From: Atopobacter sp. AH10
Lineage (GTDB): Bacteria > Bacillota > Bacilli > Lactobacillales > Aerococcaceae
Assembly: GCF_003664595.1 (NCBI RefSeq)
Contig: NZ_QXPZ01000012.1
Coordinates: forward strand, 11,274-35,273
Direction of reading: 5' to 3'
DNA: 24,000 bases
Positions 1-9,133 of this stretch are shown piece by piece. The translations under genes were made by a program, and so were the position numbers. Every line of letters begins with the position of its first letter. Position 1 is the stretch's first letter. The notes below the pieces were generated by a model that was not told the origin of the DNA, searched no databases, and saw nothing but the letters and a program-made list of their open reading frames with translations.

Positions 1-1
1 T

Positions 2-775
2 GCGGGGTCATTTGAAATGGGGGGCGCCGCTTTGATGGCAGCCAAGTCCTGTCTATATAGTGGGGCAGGATTGGTAACTTTGGCGACTGATAAAGAAAAT
101 ATTCCAGTAGCACATGCTAGCCTTCCTGAAATTATGGGATTAGATTATCAGGATTCAGGTCTTTTAAAAAAGGCTATTGAAAAAGCAGATACGGTTCTCA
201 TTGGACCGGGTTTAGGCAGAACAGCTTTTGCAAAATCATTGTTCACATGCTGTTTACAGCAGATAACTCAGAAACAAAAGCTGGTGATTGATGCGGATGC
301 TTTGACACTGCTTTCCTTTATGATAAAAAGAGGAGAAGATTATCCCCTAAGAGCAGCTATGACTGTTTTAACACCACATGCTAAAGAATGGGAACGTTTA
401 TCTGGTCTTTCTCTTAGCGAACAATTAGATAAAAATAATCAGGCAGTTTATAAAGAAATATTTCCTTCCACAACTTATGTCCTTGTTAAGTCACACGAAT
501 CTAGACTTTATCACGATAGTGATCCTGTCGTTCATGTAAAGATAGGAAACCCAGGGATGGCGATAGCTGGGATGGGAGATACCTTAAGTGGAATTGTAGC
601 TGCTTTCATTAGTCAAAAATCCTATTTACATCCTACTGATGCTGTCACAGATGCAATATTTTTACACAGCTATATTGGAGATATTCTTGCTCAAAGTCAA
701 TATATTGTTCTGCCTAGCCGGCTGAGTGAACTTATTCCAGAAACCATTCATCATCTGCTAAGTCAAAAGATTTGA
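2..775 (+). CDS. nnr: NAD(P)H-hydrate dehydratase domain protein (YjeF C-terminal / carbohydrate-kinase fold); 5' end lies outside the window
   Basis: The frame is open from base 2 with no stop before the listed ATG at 17, so the N-terminus is cut by the window edge. GGAALMAAKSCLYSGAGLVT, GPGLG and AGMGDTLSG are typical YjeF_C nucleotide/substrate-binding motifs. Stop TGA at 773-775. Confidence 0.85.
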   Translation, partial: AGSFEMGGAALMAAKSCLYSGAGLVTLATDKENIPVAHASLPEIMGLDYQDSGLLKKAIEKADTVLIGPGLGRTAFAKSLFTCCLQQITQKQKLVIDADALTLLSFMIKRGEDYPLRAAMTVLTPHAKEWERLSGLSLSEQLDKNNQAVYKEIFPSTTYVLVKSHESRLYHDSDPVVHVKIGNPGMAIAGMGDTLSGIVAAFISQKSYLHPTDAVTDAIFLHSYIGDILAQSQYIVLPSRLSELIPETIHHLLSQKI

Positions 776-2225
776 CTTCATCTGTTTTCGTATCAACTTC
801 CCTATCGTCTTTTTCTTCCTTTTTCTGCTTATTTTTACTAGTTTTAGTGTAGAGTATTAGCCCTATTGCGCATAAGGAGAGGCCAATGGTAGAAAGGCGC
901 AAAATTTTTTCACCTGTTTTAGGGAGTAAGCGAGAGATAGTACTAGCTAGGCCGTGCTTCTTACTGTCAGTCTTTTGCTTTTCTTGGCTTTCAGTTTTCA
1001 TTGGGGATATGCCTGGATTAGGTCTAGAAGAAATATCTTCGATATCATCAGTAGGAGATGAAGGATTATAGTCTTCAGTATCATTCTTTTCTTTACTTAG
1101 ATCCTGCTCTTTAGTCGAAGAATTATCTGTTTTTTCCCCTTTTTCTTGCTTTTGCTGTTTTTTTTGTTCTCTAGCAAGATTTTCTTCTTTTTTACTGTTA
1201 ATCTTTTCCTCGTCTTGAACTTTGGAAAGATTTTCCTTATTTTTAGCCATCTCTTTACTTACTTGACTGTTTTTATTTTGAGATTTTTTATAGATATGTG
1301 GTAACTGAGGGCTAGCTCCAGAAGTATTTTTTCTAGATAAAGAGGGATCATTCATCTCAAGAGACCCAATAGAGTCTGCATGGGATTCTTTCATTCTTTC
1401 TGTAGTAGGCTCCTTTTCATTATCTTTTTCATTTCTGCCCTCTTGGGATTTTTCTAAAGTAGGCTTATGATGAGCTACTGATTCTTGCTCTTTTTGAGTC
1501 GTCTCACTAGTTGAGGGTTCTTTTTGACCCTCACTATTTTTCATTGAACCATCTAGCAGTGTTTTATTAAATATCAGGCGCATGGTGGAAAAATTGCTCG
1601 TATAATATTCACTTGCTTGACCATTGATACATATTTGGTAAATTTTTCGATCTTCAGCTTTCGTTTTAAAACAGACACAGCCATTTTGGTCAGTAGTCAA
1701 TTCTTGGCTACTTTCATCCGCTAAGAGGCTTACCCCTTGCCCTTTTAGGGGGTTAAGATCGGTGTCAATGAGTTGAAGGCGAATTTCATTAACGGGCTCC
1801 TTAGCAAGTAATAATTTACCTTTACTTTTTTGAACGATTTCCTCTTCTTTTAAAACAACTTTTTCGATCCATTGGGTAGGAGTTTCACTTTCGACTTGCA
1901 AGGGGTAATTCTGACCATTAATGGCTATACCATAGCGATGATGATAGAGTAAGCCATTTTCTTTGTTAAAGCGCACACAACCTTCCTGGTCTGTCCTTAA
2001 ACTGGCAACGATAGGTAATTGCTCCTTTTCTAAATCTAACAGATCAACCTTTTGATGGGGGAGAGCAAAGCCTGATTCCGATTCAACTAGCACCACTAAC
2101 TCTAAAACTGTTTGTTGAATGGGTGTCTGAGGCATATAATGAGTAGGTTTTTCTGCAAATAGTGGAGGGGTAAATCCGACAAAGAGAATAAGAGCAGTTA
2201 AAAGTCTAAAGCATAATTTTTTCAT
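732..2225 (-). CDS. LPXTG-anchored cell-wall surface protein with two Cna-B/SpaA-like repeats and a low-complexity stalk
   Basis: Signal peptide MKKLCFRLLTALILFVGFTPPLFA. Two roughly 100-aa repeats each carry TDQ(E/N)GCV.F ... INGQ. A roughly 200-aa K/E/S/Q/N-rich stalk follows. LPKTG (nt 912-926) is followed by a hydrophobic segment and KNKQKK. RBS AGAGGT lies 7 nt upstream of the ATG. Confidence 0.85.
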   Translation of the reverse strand: MKKLCFRLLTALILFVGFTPPLFAEKPTHYMPQTPIQQTVLELVVLVESESGFALPHQKVDLLDLEKEQLPIVASLRTDQEGCVRFNKENGLLYHHRYGIAINGQNYPLQVESETPTQWIEKVVLKEEEIVQKSKGKLLLAKEPVNEIRLQLIDTDLNPLKGQGVSLLADESSQELTTDQNGCVCFKTKAEDRKIYQICINGQASEYYTSNFSTMRLIFNKTLLDGSMKNSEGQKEPSTSETTQKEQESVAHHKPTLEKSQEGRNEKDNEKEPTTERMKESHADSIGSLEMNDPSLSRKNTSGASPQLPHIYKKSQNKNSQVSKEMAKNKENLSKVQDEEKINSKKEENLAREQKKQQKQEKGEKTDNSSTKEQDLSKEKNDTEDYNPSSPTDDIEDISSRPNPGISPMKTESQEKQKTDSKKHGLASTISRLLPKTGEKILRLSTIGLSLCAIGLILYTKTSKNKQKKEEKDDREVDTKTDEVKSFDLADDEWFLE

Positions 2226-2254
2226 TTGACATACCTCTTTTCTTTTATTATGCT
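2226..2254 (+). promoter_or_regulatory. Candidate sigma-A promoter for the amidase-ybaK unit (TTGACA-17-TATGCT)
   Basis: TTGACA at 2226-2231, a 17-nt spacer, and TATGCT at 2249-2254, about 70 nt upstream of ATG 2323. It abuts the start codon of the divergent surface-protein gene. Confidence 0.4.
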
Positions 2255-2322
2255 ATTTCTAATACACGCAAATGAATTTCAAAATGATTAAGCAATTGCC
2301 CATTTTTTTAAGGAGGGAAAAC

Positions 2323-3759
2323 ATGTCCGATGCTATTGCTATAACCCATGCCATTAAAGATAAGGTCTATTCCCCAAAAGAAGTTGTCCAATATTATATT
2401 AACCAACTCAAAAAATATAATGAGATGTACAATGTTTTAGCAGATGAACGATTTGATGAGGCCCTAGAAGATGCTAAGCATGTCGATATTCATCGTCCTT
2501 TTGCCGGAGTTCCCATCCTCACAAAGGATCTCCACCAAAGTGTTAAGGGATTAAAGTCGTCCCAAGGATCTAAACTTTTAAAAGATAATATAGCACTAAA
2601 AGATGATTGTTTTGTGCAAAGACTCAAACAGCTTGGATTTATTATTTTAGCTTCCACATCCGTGCCTGAATTTGGCCTTAAATATGTCTCTGACAGTCAA
2701 CTTTATGGAACAGTTCATAATCCGCTCAATCCGTATTTTCATGCTGGGGGTTCTTCTGGAGGGGCAGCAAGTGCTGTAAAAGCTAATTTGATTCCCTTAG
2801 CGACAGCTAGTGATGCAGGTGGGTCAATTCGTGTGCCAGCTTCATTTTGTGGACTAGCAGGGCTTAAACCAAGTCGAGGGGCTATGCCAATTGGTCCTTT
2901 ACGTTGGAGAGCTTGGCAGGGGGCAGGGACTTCCTTTGCCTTAACCTCAAGTGTTCGAGATATGAAATTACTTTATTATCATCTTCAAGCCCAACAAATT
3001 GAATCGCCTTTTAAAGCCCAACGTCAATCTTATGCTCATTTATATGAAAGTCCTTTACAAGCTCCTTTGAAAATGGCCTATAGCTTGACGGACTATAAAG
3101 GGCATGCTTATGGCAGGGATGCACAAGAGGCTATCCTTGAAGCAGTGGAACTCTTAAGAAGTTTGGGCCATATTGTCGAAGAAGTCACATTCCCATTTCA
3201 GTCGAGGGAAGATTTGTTGCTGATGTATGGTCGCCTAATGGCAAGCGAAACTGCTGCAAGTTTTACTAGTATTGAAGAAAAAAGAGGCCGAGCAGTTCAA
3301 GTGGGAGAAGTTGAAGCTAGTAGCTATGTGATAGCTCGATATGGGATAACTATACCTGCCTATCAACTGTCTTTAGATATAAATCAATGGGATCAGCTAG
3401 CCGCTAAAGCTTGTCAATTCTTTACAGATTATGATGCCTTTATTTACCCATCTACTTCTGTTACAGCACCAGCTAGTCAAGAAAAATTCCCTAATGAGAA
3501 ACTTCTAACTGGAATCTCCTATGACGCTCTCTCTAATGATGACTATATCCGATTAGGGAAAGAAGCTATTCGCCAGATAACATCCTTAAGTCCACAAGCT
3601 TATTTAGCTAATATGACAGGTTTACCAGCGATTAGTCTGCCACTTTACAAAAATGCAGAATCTCATATGCCAATTGGGGTTGAATTTATGGCAGGTAAAA
3701 ATAAAGATAATCTGTTGCTCCTTTTAGCTGAAAGTCTAGAACCTTATTTTAAGAAGTGA
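2323..3759 (+). CDS. Amidase-signature (AS) family amidase, GatA-like
   Basis: GGSSGGAASAV and ASDAGGSIRVPASFCGLAGLKPSRG are the AS-family signature. The Ser-cisSer-Lys triad is intact, with the Lys in PILTKDL. I moved the start to ATG 2323 because it has RBS AGGAGGG 5 nt upstream; the 2272 ATG has no RBS. Confidence 0.85.
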   Translation: MSDAIAITHAIKDKVYSPKEVVQYYINQLKKYNEMYNVLADERFDEALEDAKHVDIHRPFAGVPILTKDLHQSVKGLKSSQGSKLLKDNIALKDDCFVQRLKQLGFIILASTSVPEFGLKYVSDSQLYGTVHNPLNPYFHAGGSSGGAASAVKANLIPLATASDAGGSIRVPASFCGLAGLKPSRGAMPIGPLRWRAWQGAGTSFALTSSVRDMKLLYYHLQAQQIESPFKAQRQSYAHLYESPLQAPLKMAYSLTDYKGHAYGRDAQEAILEAVELLRSLGHIVEEVTFPFQSREDLLLMYGRLMASETAASFTSIEEKRGRAVQVGEVEASSYVIARYGITIPAYQLSLDINQWDQLAAKACQFFTDYDAFIYPSTSVTAPASQEKFPNEKLLTGISYDALSNDDYIRLGKEAIRQITSLSPQAYLANMTGLPAISLPLYKNAESHMPIGVEFMAGKNKDNLLLLLAESLEPYFKK

Positions 3760-3763
3760 TAAC

Positions 3764-4252
3764 ATGTCAAAGAAAAAACAAATCAAAAAAACAAACGCTC
3801 TACGTCATTTAGACGATGCAGGTATTTCTTATGAGGTCACATCATTTGATGTGCCAGAAGAACATATAGATGCTGTGAAAATGAGTGAACTGAATCATTT
3901 ACCAGTTGAACAGGTTTTTAAAACCATTGTCTTAGAAGCAGAAAGAGGGGATTACCTAGTAGCTTGTATCCCTAGCTATGCTTCCATTAATTTAAAAAAA
4001 GTGGCAAGTTTAAGTGGTCATAAGAAATTAGAACTCCTAGCTCTAAAAGATTTAACCAAAGTAACTGGTTATGTTCGTGGCGGATGTTCACCTATTGGGA
4101 TGAAAAAACTCTTCAAGACTTATGTGGATGAATCCGCTCTAAACTACGATAAAATTTATGTCTCTGCAGGAAAAAGAGGGATGCAAGTCTCCTTAGCTCC
4201 TCAAGACTTGTTGACTATTTGCCAGGCTTCAAGCGCCGCTTTGTGTCAATAG
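3764..4252 (+). CDS. ybaK: Cys-tRNA(Pro)/Cys-tRNA(Cys) deacylase, YbaK/EbsC family
   Basis: It aligns by eye along its whole length with YbaK: TNALRHL..., FKTIV (the conserved Lys), TGYVRGGCSPIGMKK, IYVSAGKRG. It starts 4 nt after the amidase stop. Confidence 0.9.
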   Translation: MSKKKQIKKTNALRHLDDAGISYEVTSFDVPEEHIDAVKMSELNHLPVEQVFKTIVLEAERGDYLVACIPSYASINLKKVASLSGHKKLELLALKDLTKVTGYVRGGCSPIGMKKLFKTYVDESALNYDKIYVSAGKRGMQVSLAPQDLLTICQASSAALCQ

Positions 4253-4402
4253 AGTATTTTAGAAGTAAGTTGTTCTATTCATGAAAAATTCGATCATTAT
4301 ATTCTGAAAAAAACGACTATTTTTTCCTTTTACATCAAAAAGTTTGTGAGAATATGCTGTTTTCCCACAAGCGGCTATACACTATATATTAAGGAGCCTT
4401 TC

Positions 4403-4431
4403 TTGACAATTCATGAATTGCTCCTTATAAT
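4403..4431 (+). promoter_or_regulatory. Consensus sigma-A promoter for fchA-fhs (TTGACA-17-TATAAT)
   Basis: Perfect -35 TTGACA at 4403-4408, a 17-nt spacer, and perfect -10 TATAAT at 4426-4431. This predicts a 5' leader of roughly 145 nt before ATG 4583. Confidence 0.65.
4407..4420. promoter_or_regulatory. Perfect 14-bp palindrome CAATTCATGAATTG in the promoter spacer (candidate operator)
   Basis: The sequence is exactly self-complementary and occupies the -35/-10 spacer. A longer imperfect dyad, AAGGAGC (4391-4397) / GCTCCTT (4420-4426), brackets it. The binding factor is unknown. Confidence 0.3.
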
Positions 4432-4442
4432 TAATCCAGAAG

Positions 4443-4456
4443 TGTAAACGTTGTCA
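4443..4456. promoter_or_regulatory. Catabolite-responsive element (cre, CcpA site) candidate
   Basis: TGTAAACGTTGTCA matches every constrained position of the cre consensus TGWAANCGNTNWCA. It lies about +5 to +20 relative to the predicted transcription start, which is a roadblock/repression position. Confidence 0.5.
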
Positions 4457-4582
4457 ATCTTGATACCAAAAAGAAGGGAGGGGAAAGTATTTCAGTTTAA
4501 CTTTCACAAATTCCTAGAATAAAAAAAATCAAGGATCGCTTTATCCTAAATGAGCAAGAGGTCTTAATCGAAGGAGGAAGGA

Positions 4583-5218
4583 ATGCAACTTTCAAAAATG
4601 GATATTTCCGAATTTATTCAATTGCTTTCTAGTAATGCTCCGGCACCAGGAGGCGGTGCAGCAACAGCTTTAACTGGAGCAACAGGTATTTCTTTGACCA
4701 AAATGGTTAGTGAACTGACAGTCGGGAAGAAAAAATATGCTGACTATCAAGAAGTGAATGAGCAAGCTATTATCAAGTGTCAGGAATTACAAGATCGTTT
4801 ACTCTTAGCTATTGATCAAGATAGAGAAGCTTTTTCAGAAGTTGCAAAGGTCTTTTCTTTACCTAAGACGACTGATGAAGAGAAAGCTTTTAGAAAAAGT
4901 GAAATGCAAAAGGCTTTAAAAATAGCCATCCAGCCACCTTTATTAACCTTACAGGCGGTATATGAAGCTATAGAAATTACCCAAACAATTGTTTTTAAAT
5001 CTAACCCTTCTGTAGCAAGTGATATTGGAGTAGCAGCCCATCAGTTAAAAGCTGCTTTAGAAGCTTCATTGATTAATGTTGAAGTAAACCTCCATATGAT
5101 AAAAGATCAGTCTTATGTCGACGAATGCCGTCAAAAGAGCCATGAACTACACCAAAGAGGTCTCAAAATGGTAGAACAAATCATTCGAGACATCAATCAA
5201 CAAATTATAGGCGATTAG
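4583..5218 (+). CDS. fchA: Cyclodeaminase/cyclohydrolase family protein (FTCD C-terminal domain; methenyl-THF cyclohydrolase-like)
   Basis: The N-terminal motif FIQLLSSNAPAPGGGAATALTGATGISLTKMV is the hallmark of the formiminotransferase-cyclodeaminase C-domain family. RBS GAAGGAGGAAGG lies upstream. The gene is adjacent to fhs. Confidence 0.85.
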   Translation: MQLSKMDISEFIQLLSSNAPAPGGGAATALTGATGISLTKMVSELTVGKKKYADYQEVNEQAIIKCQELQDRLLLAIDQDREAFSEVAKVFSLPKTTDEEKAFRKSEMQKALKIAIQPPLLTLQAVYEAIEITQTIVFKSNPSVASDIGVAAHQLKAALEASLINVEVNLHMIKDQSYVDECRQKSHELHQRGLKMVEQIIRDINQQIIGD

Positions 5219-5263
5219 CTTAGTTTTATGATCAACAAAATGAACAATAAAGGAGTTGTTTGC

Positions 5264-6937
5264 ATGCCAAAAACAGATATCGAAATCGCAAATTCTGTAG
5301 AAATGAAACCCATTCAAGAGATTGCTCATCTCATCAATATTAAAGAAGATGACCTCACCTTGTATGGCCGTTATAAAGCTAAGGTGGACATGACTAGCTT
5401 AAAGTCTTTGAAAGATAAAAAAGATGGTAAGCTTATCCTCGTCACGGCTATTTCTCCAACTCCTGCAGGTGAAGGTAAAACAACCACTTCAGTTGGCTTG
5501 GTAGATTCATTAAACAAACTAGGTAAAAATGCCGTTATTTGCGTGCGCGAACCTTCCCTTGGACCAGTATTTGGTGTTAAAGGTGGGGCAGCTGGTGGAG
5601 GCTACGCTCAAGTTGTCCCAATGGAAGATATCAACTTGCACTTTACTGGAGACTTTCATGCTATTGGTATTGCCAATAATTTGTTAGCCGCTTTAATCGA
5701 TAATCATATTCATCATGGCAATGCCCTTCAAATCGATGCACGTAATATTACTTGGAAACGTGTGGTAGATATGAATGATCGACAATTACGTTATGTTGTT
5801 GATGGCTTACAAGGACGTAGCAATGGGGTGCCAAGAGAAGACGGTTTTGATATCACTGTTGCTTCTGAAGTCATGGCGATTCTTTGCTTGGCTAACGATT
5901 TACGTGATTTAAAAGAACGTTTGGGCAAAATTATTATTGGTTACAACTTTAATGGAGAACCAGTAACTGCTCATGACTTAAAAGCTGAAGGTGCTATGGC
6001 AGCTGTCTTAAAAGATGCTATCCATCCTAATTTGGTACAAACTTTGGAACATTCACCAGCCTTAATTCATGGTGGACCTTTTGCCAATATTGCCCATGGC
6101 TGTAATTCAGTTATTGCGACAAAACTTGGCTTGAAGTATGGTGACTACACAGTAACTGAAGCAGGATTTGGTGCAGATTTAGGGGCTGAAAAGTTTATTG
6201 ATATTAAATGTCGGAAGGCTGGCATTAAACCAGATGCCTGCGTTCTTGTAGCGACTATTCGTGCTCTTAAGATGCATGGTGGAGTCGCTAAGAATGATTT
6301 AGGGCCAGAAAATGTAGAGGCAGTTAAGGCAGGGATGCCGAACTTAATCCGTCATTTAGATAATATGAAGAATGTCTTTGGTTTACCAACCGTTGTCGCT
6401 ATTAATAAATTCCCAACGGATACAGATGCTGAAATAAAAGCTGTAGAAGAAGCTTGCCATGAACTCGGTGCCGATGTAGTTTTATCCGAAGTTTGGGGTA
6501 AGGGAAGCGAAGGTGGCTTAGACCTTGCTAAAAAGGTCGTTGAACTAGCAGAAGAAAATAGCGAATTGCATTTTGTCTATGATGATGAAGACTCCATTCA
6601 AGACAAATTGGACAAGATCGTTCAAAAAATTTATCGTGGGAAAAAGGCTAAATTAAGTGCTCCAGCACGTAAGCAAATGAAGAAATTAGAAGAGTTGGGC
6701 TTTGGGCATCTCCCTATTTGTATGGCTAAGACGCAATTCTCCTTCTCTGATAACAAGAATAAGATTAATGCACCTGAAAACTTTGATATTACCATTAAAG
6801 AATTAAAGGTTTCTGCAGGGGCAGGTTTCATTGTTGCTTTGTCAGGAGCCATCATGACCATGCCTGGCTTACCAAAATCTCCAGCTTCTGAACGTATAGA
6901 CATTGACGATGAAGGGCATATTACAGGCCTCTTTTAG
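5264..6937 (+). CDS. fhs: Formate--tetrahydrofolate ligase
   Basis: MPKTDIEIA..., P-loop-like [10 protein letters not shown], and high similarity by eye to Fhs throughout. I moved the start to ATG 5264, which has RBS AAAGGAG 8 nt upstream and gives the typical length of about 557 aa. Confidence 0.95.
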   Translation: MPKTDIEIANSVEMKPIQEIAHLINIKEDDLTLYGRYKAKVDMTSLKSLKDKKDGKLILVTAISPTPAGEGKTTTSVGLVDSLNKLGKNAVICVREPSLGPVFGVKGGAAGGGYAQVVPMEDINLHFTGDFHAIGIANNLLAALIDNHIHHGNALQIDARNITWKRVVDMNDRQLRYVVDGLQGRSNGVPREDGFDITVASEVMAILCLANDLRDLKERLGKIIIGYNFNGEPVTAHDLKAEGAMAAVLKDAIHPNLVQTLEHSPALIHGGPFANIAHGCNSVIATKLGLKYGDYTVTEAGFGADLGAEKFIDIKCRKAGIKPDACVLVATIRALKMHGGVAKNDLGPENVEAVKAGMPNLIRHLDNMKNVFGLPTVVAINKFPTDTDAEIKAVEEACHELGADVVLSEVWGKGSEGGLDLAKKVVELAEENSELHFVYDDEDSIQDKLDKIVQKIYRGKKAKLSAPARKQMKKLEELGFGHLPICMAKTQFSFSDNKNKINAPENFDITIKELKVSAGAGFIVALSGAIMTMPGLPKSPASERIDIDDEGHITGLF

Positions 6938-6962
6938 TCATTAATAGATGAGATATAACCTT

Positions 6963-6994
6963 AACAAGCACACTTTTAAAGATGTGCTTGTTTT
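6963..6994 (+). terminator. Rho-independent terminator after fhs
   Basis: Stem AACAAGCACA (6963-6972) / TGTGCTTGTT (6983-6992), followed by TT. Confidence 0.65.
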
Positions 6995-7050
6995 GGCTTG
7001 AATACGGGATGAAAAAGATATTAGTAAAGTCATTAAAAGAGAGGCGTAAG

Positions 7051-7749
7051 ATGATTTTTTTAGGAACGATAGTAGATTGCTTGTCTGTTTTACTGATGGG
7101 TTTCGCCGGTCGTTTTTTTGGGCATCTTCTCACCGAATCCATGAAAAAGATTGGCATGCAAAGTATTGCTTTGGTCGTCATTTACTATGGAATTAAAGAA
7201 GCCATGACAACAAAGAGCCTTCTCGTTCTCATTCTATCCTTGATGATTGGAGGCCTTTTAGGTGAACTATGCAAATTAGATCAAAAAATTGAGATATTTA
7301 GTCAGTGGTTTGGACATTTAATGTCAAAGACTACTAAATCTTCAAATTTTAGTCAAGGTTTTGTGTCCATGACTATGATCTCTTGTATAGGGGCAATGAC
7401 AATTATTGGGGCTTTTCAGAGTGGGATTGATGGGAAACATTCAATATTGCTTTCTAAGGCCATAATGGATGGATTGGTGGCCTTTATTATGGGATCGAGT
7501 ATGGGCTTAAGTGTTTCATGCGCTTCCCTGCCTTTACTGATATACGAGGGTGGTTTTACCTTGTTGGCTTTTCTACTGAAAGGCAGCTTGAGTCCTGAAG
7601 TGGTTACAGAAATTTCAGCGGTAGGTTCTTTGCTTATTCTTGGTTTAGGATTGAATGTTCTTGAAGTGACACATATTAAAATGGCTAGTTTTTTACCAGC
7701 CCCTTTTATCCCAATGATACTTGTGCCAATATTACAGAGTTTGAAGTAA
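7051..7749 (+). CDS. DUF554 family integral membrane protein (YdfK/YqgA-like)
   Basis: MIFLGTIVDCLSVLLMGFAGRFFG is a DUF554-type N-terminus. The protein is polytopic and hydrophobic at about 232 aa. Start ATG 7051 has RBS AGAGAGG 6 nt upstream, and the upstream extension from 6982 overlaps the fhs terminator. Confidence 0.8.
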   Translation: MIFLGTIVDCLSVLLMGFAGRFFGHLLTESMKKIGMQSIALVVIYYGIKEAMTTKSLLVLILSLMIGGLLGELCKLDQKIEIFSQWFGHLMSKTTKSSNFSQGFVSMTMISCIGAMTIIGAFQSGIDGKHSILLSKAIMDGLVAFIMGSSMGLSVSCASLPLLIYEGGFTLLAFLLKGSLSPEVVTEISAVGSLLILGLGLNVLEVTHIKMASFLPAPFIPMILVPILQSLK

Positions 7750-7851
7750 AGACAACTATTTTCTATTTTTAGGGCAAACTTGTCGATCCTTTTGAAGGAT
7801 ATTAAGAGCAATACCTTTATTGAGTAAGTAATATTTTTATCAATTAAGTTG

Positions 7852-7884
7852 AAAGATCACTCTTTTTGAGGGTGATCTTTTATG
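7852..7884 (+). terminator. Probable terminator downstream of the DUF554 gene
   Basis: Stem AAAGATCAC (7852-7860) / GTGATCTTT (7872-7880), followed by TAT. The U-tail is short. Confidence 0.5.
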
Positions 7885-8042
7885 AATCAATAGCTTAGAT
7901 CGAAAATTTTATAAGAGGAATTTTCTACTATCTATGTCTAGTAGTTATATCTGCTAGAAAATTAATACATCTTTTAATTAATGAAAAAAAGGGTAAAATA
8001 GAAGATAGAATAGACAAGGACAATAGGGAGGATGGTTAAACC

Positions 8043-9122
8043 ATGTCAAAAGAACTATTAGCTAATCTATCTGATGCATTTGGTGTTTCTGGTTATGAAA
8101 AGGAAGTTGCTGAAGTAGCTAAAAATTATCTCAAAAGCGATGCTCTCTTTCATATGGACAAAATAGGCAATCTCTATATAAAAAGTAAACACACAAGTGA
8201 TAAAAAAGAAAAAAGGCCTTTAAAAGTTTTATTTGATGCTCACCAAGATGAAGTCGGTTTTGTTATACAAGCCATTCGTCCTAACGGCATGTTGGATTTC
8301 CTAAAAGTAGGGGGATGGGTGGTTTCTAACGTTCCTGCCCATACGGTGATTATTAAGACACATACAGGGCGCAAAATTAAGGGTGTAATAGCTAGTACAC
8401 CTCCACATTTCATGACAGAAACCGAACGAAAACAAGCCCTTTCTTTTGATAAATTAGTTATCGATGTTGGTACAAGCTCAAAGGAAGAAACAGAATCTTT
8501 AGGTATAGAGATAGGAGATCCAGTTGTACCTGATGTGCGTTTTGAAATGCTTAATGATAACTTGTGCCTAGGAAAAGCCTTTGATTGCCGAATTGGTTGT
8601 GCTTGCCTCTTGGAAACCTTTAAAGATTTTTATAGCAATGAGAAGCGAAATAGAGAGATTGAGATCGAGGCCATTTTGACAACTCAAGAAGAAATTGGTG
8701 AAAGAGGGTCTACTGTAGCTGCACAAAATACAGATGCTGATATTGCTATTATTTTTGAAGGTTGCCCTGCTGATGATACATTTACAGAAGCTTATAAGAT
8801 CCAAACAGCACTTGGTAAGGGGCCAATGTTAAGACATCATGATGTCTCCATGATTACGCATCCAGGCTTTCAACGATTAGCAATTGATACTGCAACTGAA
8901 TTTGATTTGCCGATTCAACGCTCAGTACGGTCTGGTGGCGGAACCAATGGAGCTTCGTATTCCTTATCTAAAAAAGCTATTCCTTGTATTGTTATAGGAA
9001 TACCTGTGAGATATGCCCATACGCATTATTGCTATAGCGATTATCGTGATTTGCTAGTCGCTAAGGAATTAAGCCTCCGTATTTTAGAAAAACTTAATCA
9101 AGAAGTCTTTGATAAGCTATAA
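8043..9122 (+). CDS. M42 family metallo-aminopeptidase (PepA/FrvX/YsdC-like)
   Basis: Motifs: AFGVSGYEKEV, DAHQDEVGF (the HxDE(V/I)GF metal site), EEIGERG, and a C-terminal IPVRYAHT. RBS GGGAGGATGG lies upstream. Confidence 0.85.
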   Translation: MSKELLANLSDAFGVSGYEKEVAEVAKNYLKSDALFHMDKIGNLYIKSKHTSDKKEKRPLKVLFDAHQDEVGFVIQAIRPNGMLDFLKVGGWVVSNVPAHTVIIKTHTGRKIKGVIASTPPHFMTETERKQALSFDKLVIDVGTSSKEETESLGIEIGDPVVPDVRFEMLNDNLCLGKAFDCRIGCACLLETFKDFYSNEKRNREIEIEAILTTQEEIGERGSTVAAQNTDADIAIIFEGCPADDTFTEAYKIQTALGKGPMLRHHDVSMITHPGFQRLAIDTATEFDLPIQRSVRSGGGTNGASYSLSKKAIPCIVIGIPVRYAHTHYCYSDYRDLLVAKELSLRILEKLNQEVFDKL

Positions 9123-9133
9123 ATAAACAAATG

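Noticed and set aside
1158-1165. T8 (A8 on the coding strand) homopolymer inside the stalk of the LPXTG gene, as a possible slipped-strand phase-variation switch. Similar A8 runs occur at 22211-22218 and 4515-4522.
   Set aside because: Eight bases is borderline for slippage and is common in lysine-rich, AT-rich coding sequence. There is no evidence of frame disruption here.
4438-4582. Possible ZTP (pfl) or THF riboswitch in the long leader of fchA-fhs. ZTP riboswitches are known upstream of fhs, folD and purH.
   Set aside because: I looked for the conserved ZTP cores (a GGGUCGUGACUGGCG-like helix and the downstream CCGCCUGGGC pseudoknot strand) and for a THF aptamer-like GC-rich three-way junction. 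Neither is present. The leader is A-rich, has only a 5-bp hairpin, and shows no terminator/antiterminator pair. A covariance-model scan (Rfam) would be decisive.
7918-7963. Inverted repeat TTTTCTA ... TAGAAAA (with nested CTACTA/TAGTAG) upstream of the M42 peptidase gene, as a candidate operator.
   Set aside because: The arms are 7 bp and AT-only with a 27-bp gap, which is chance level in an AT-rich intergenic region. I recognise no known motif.
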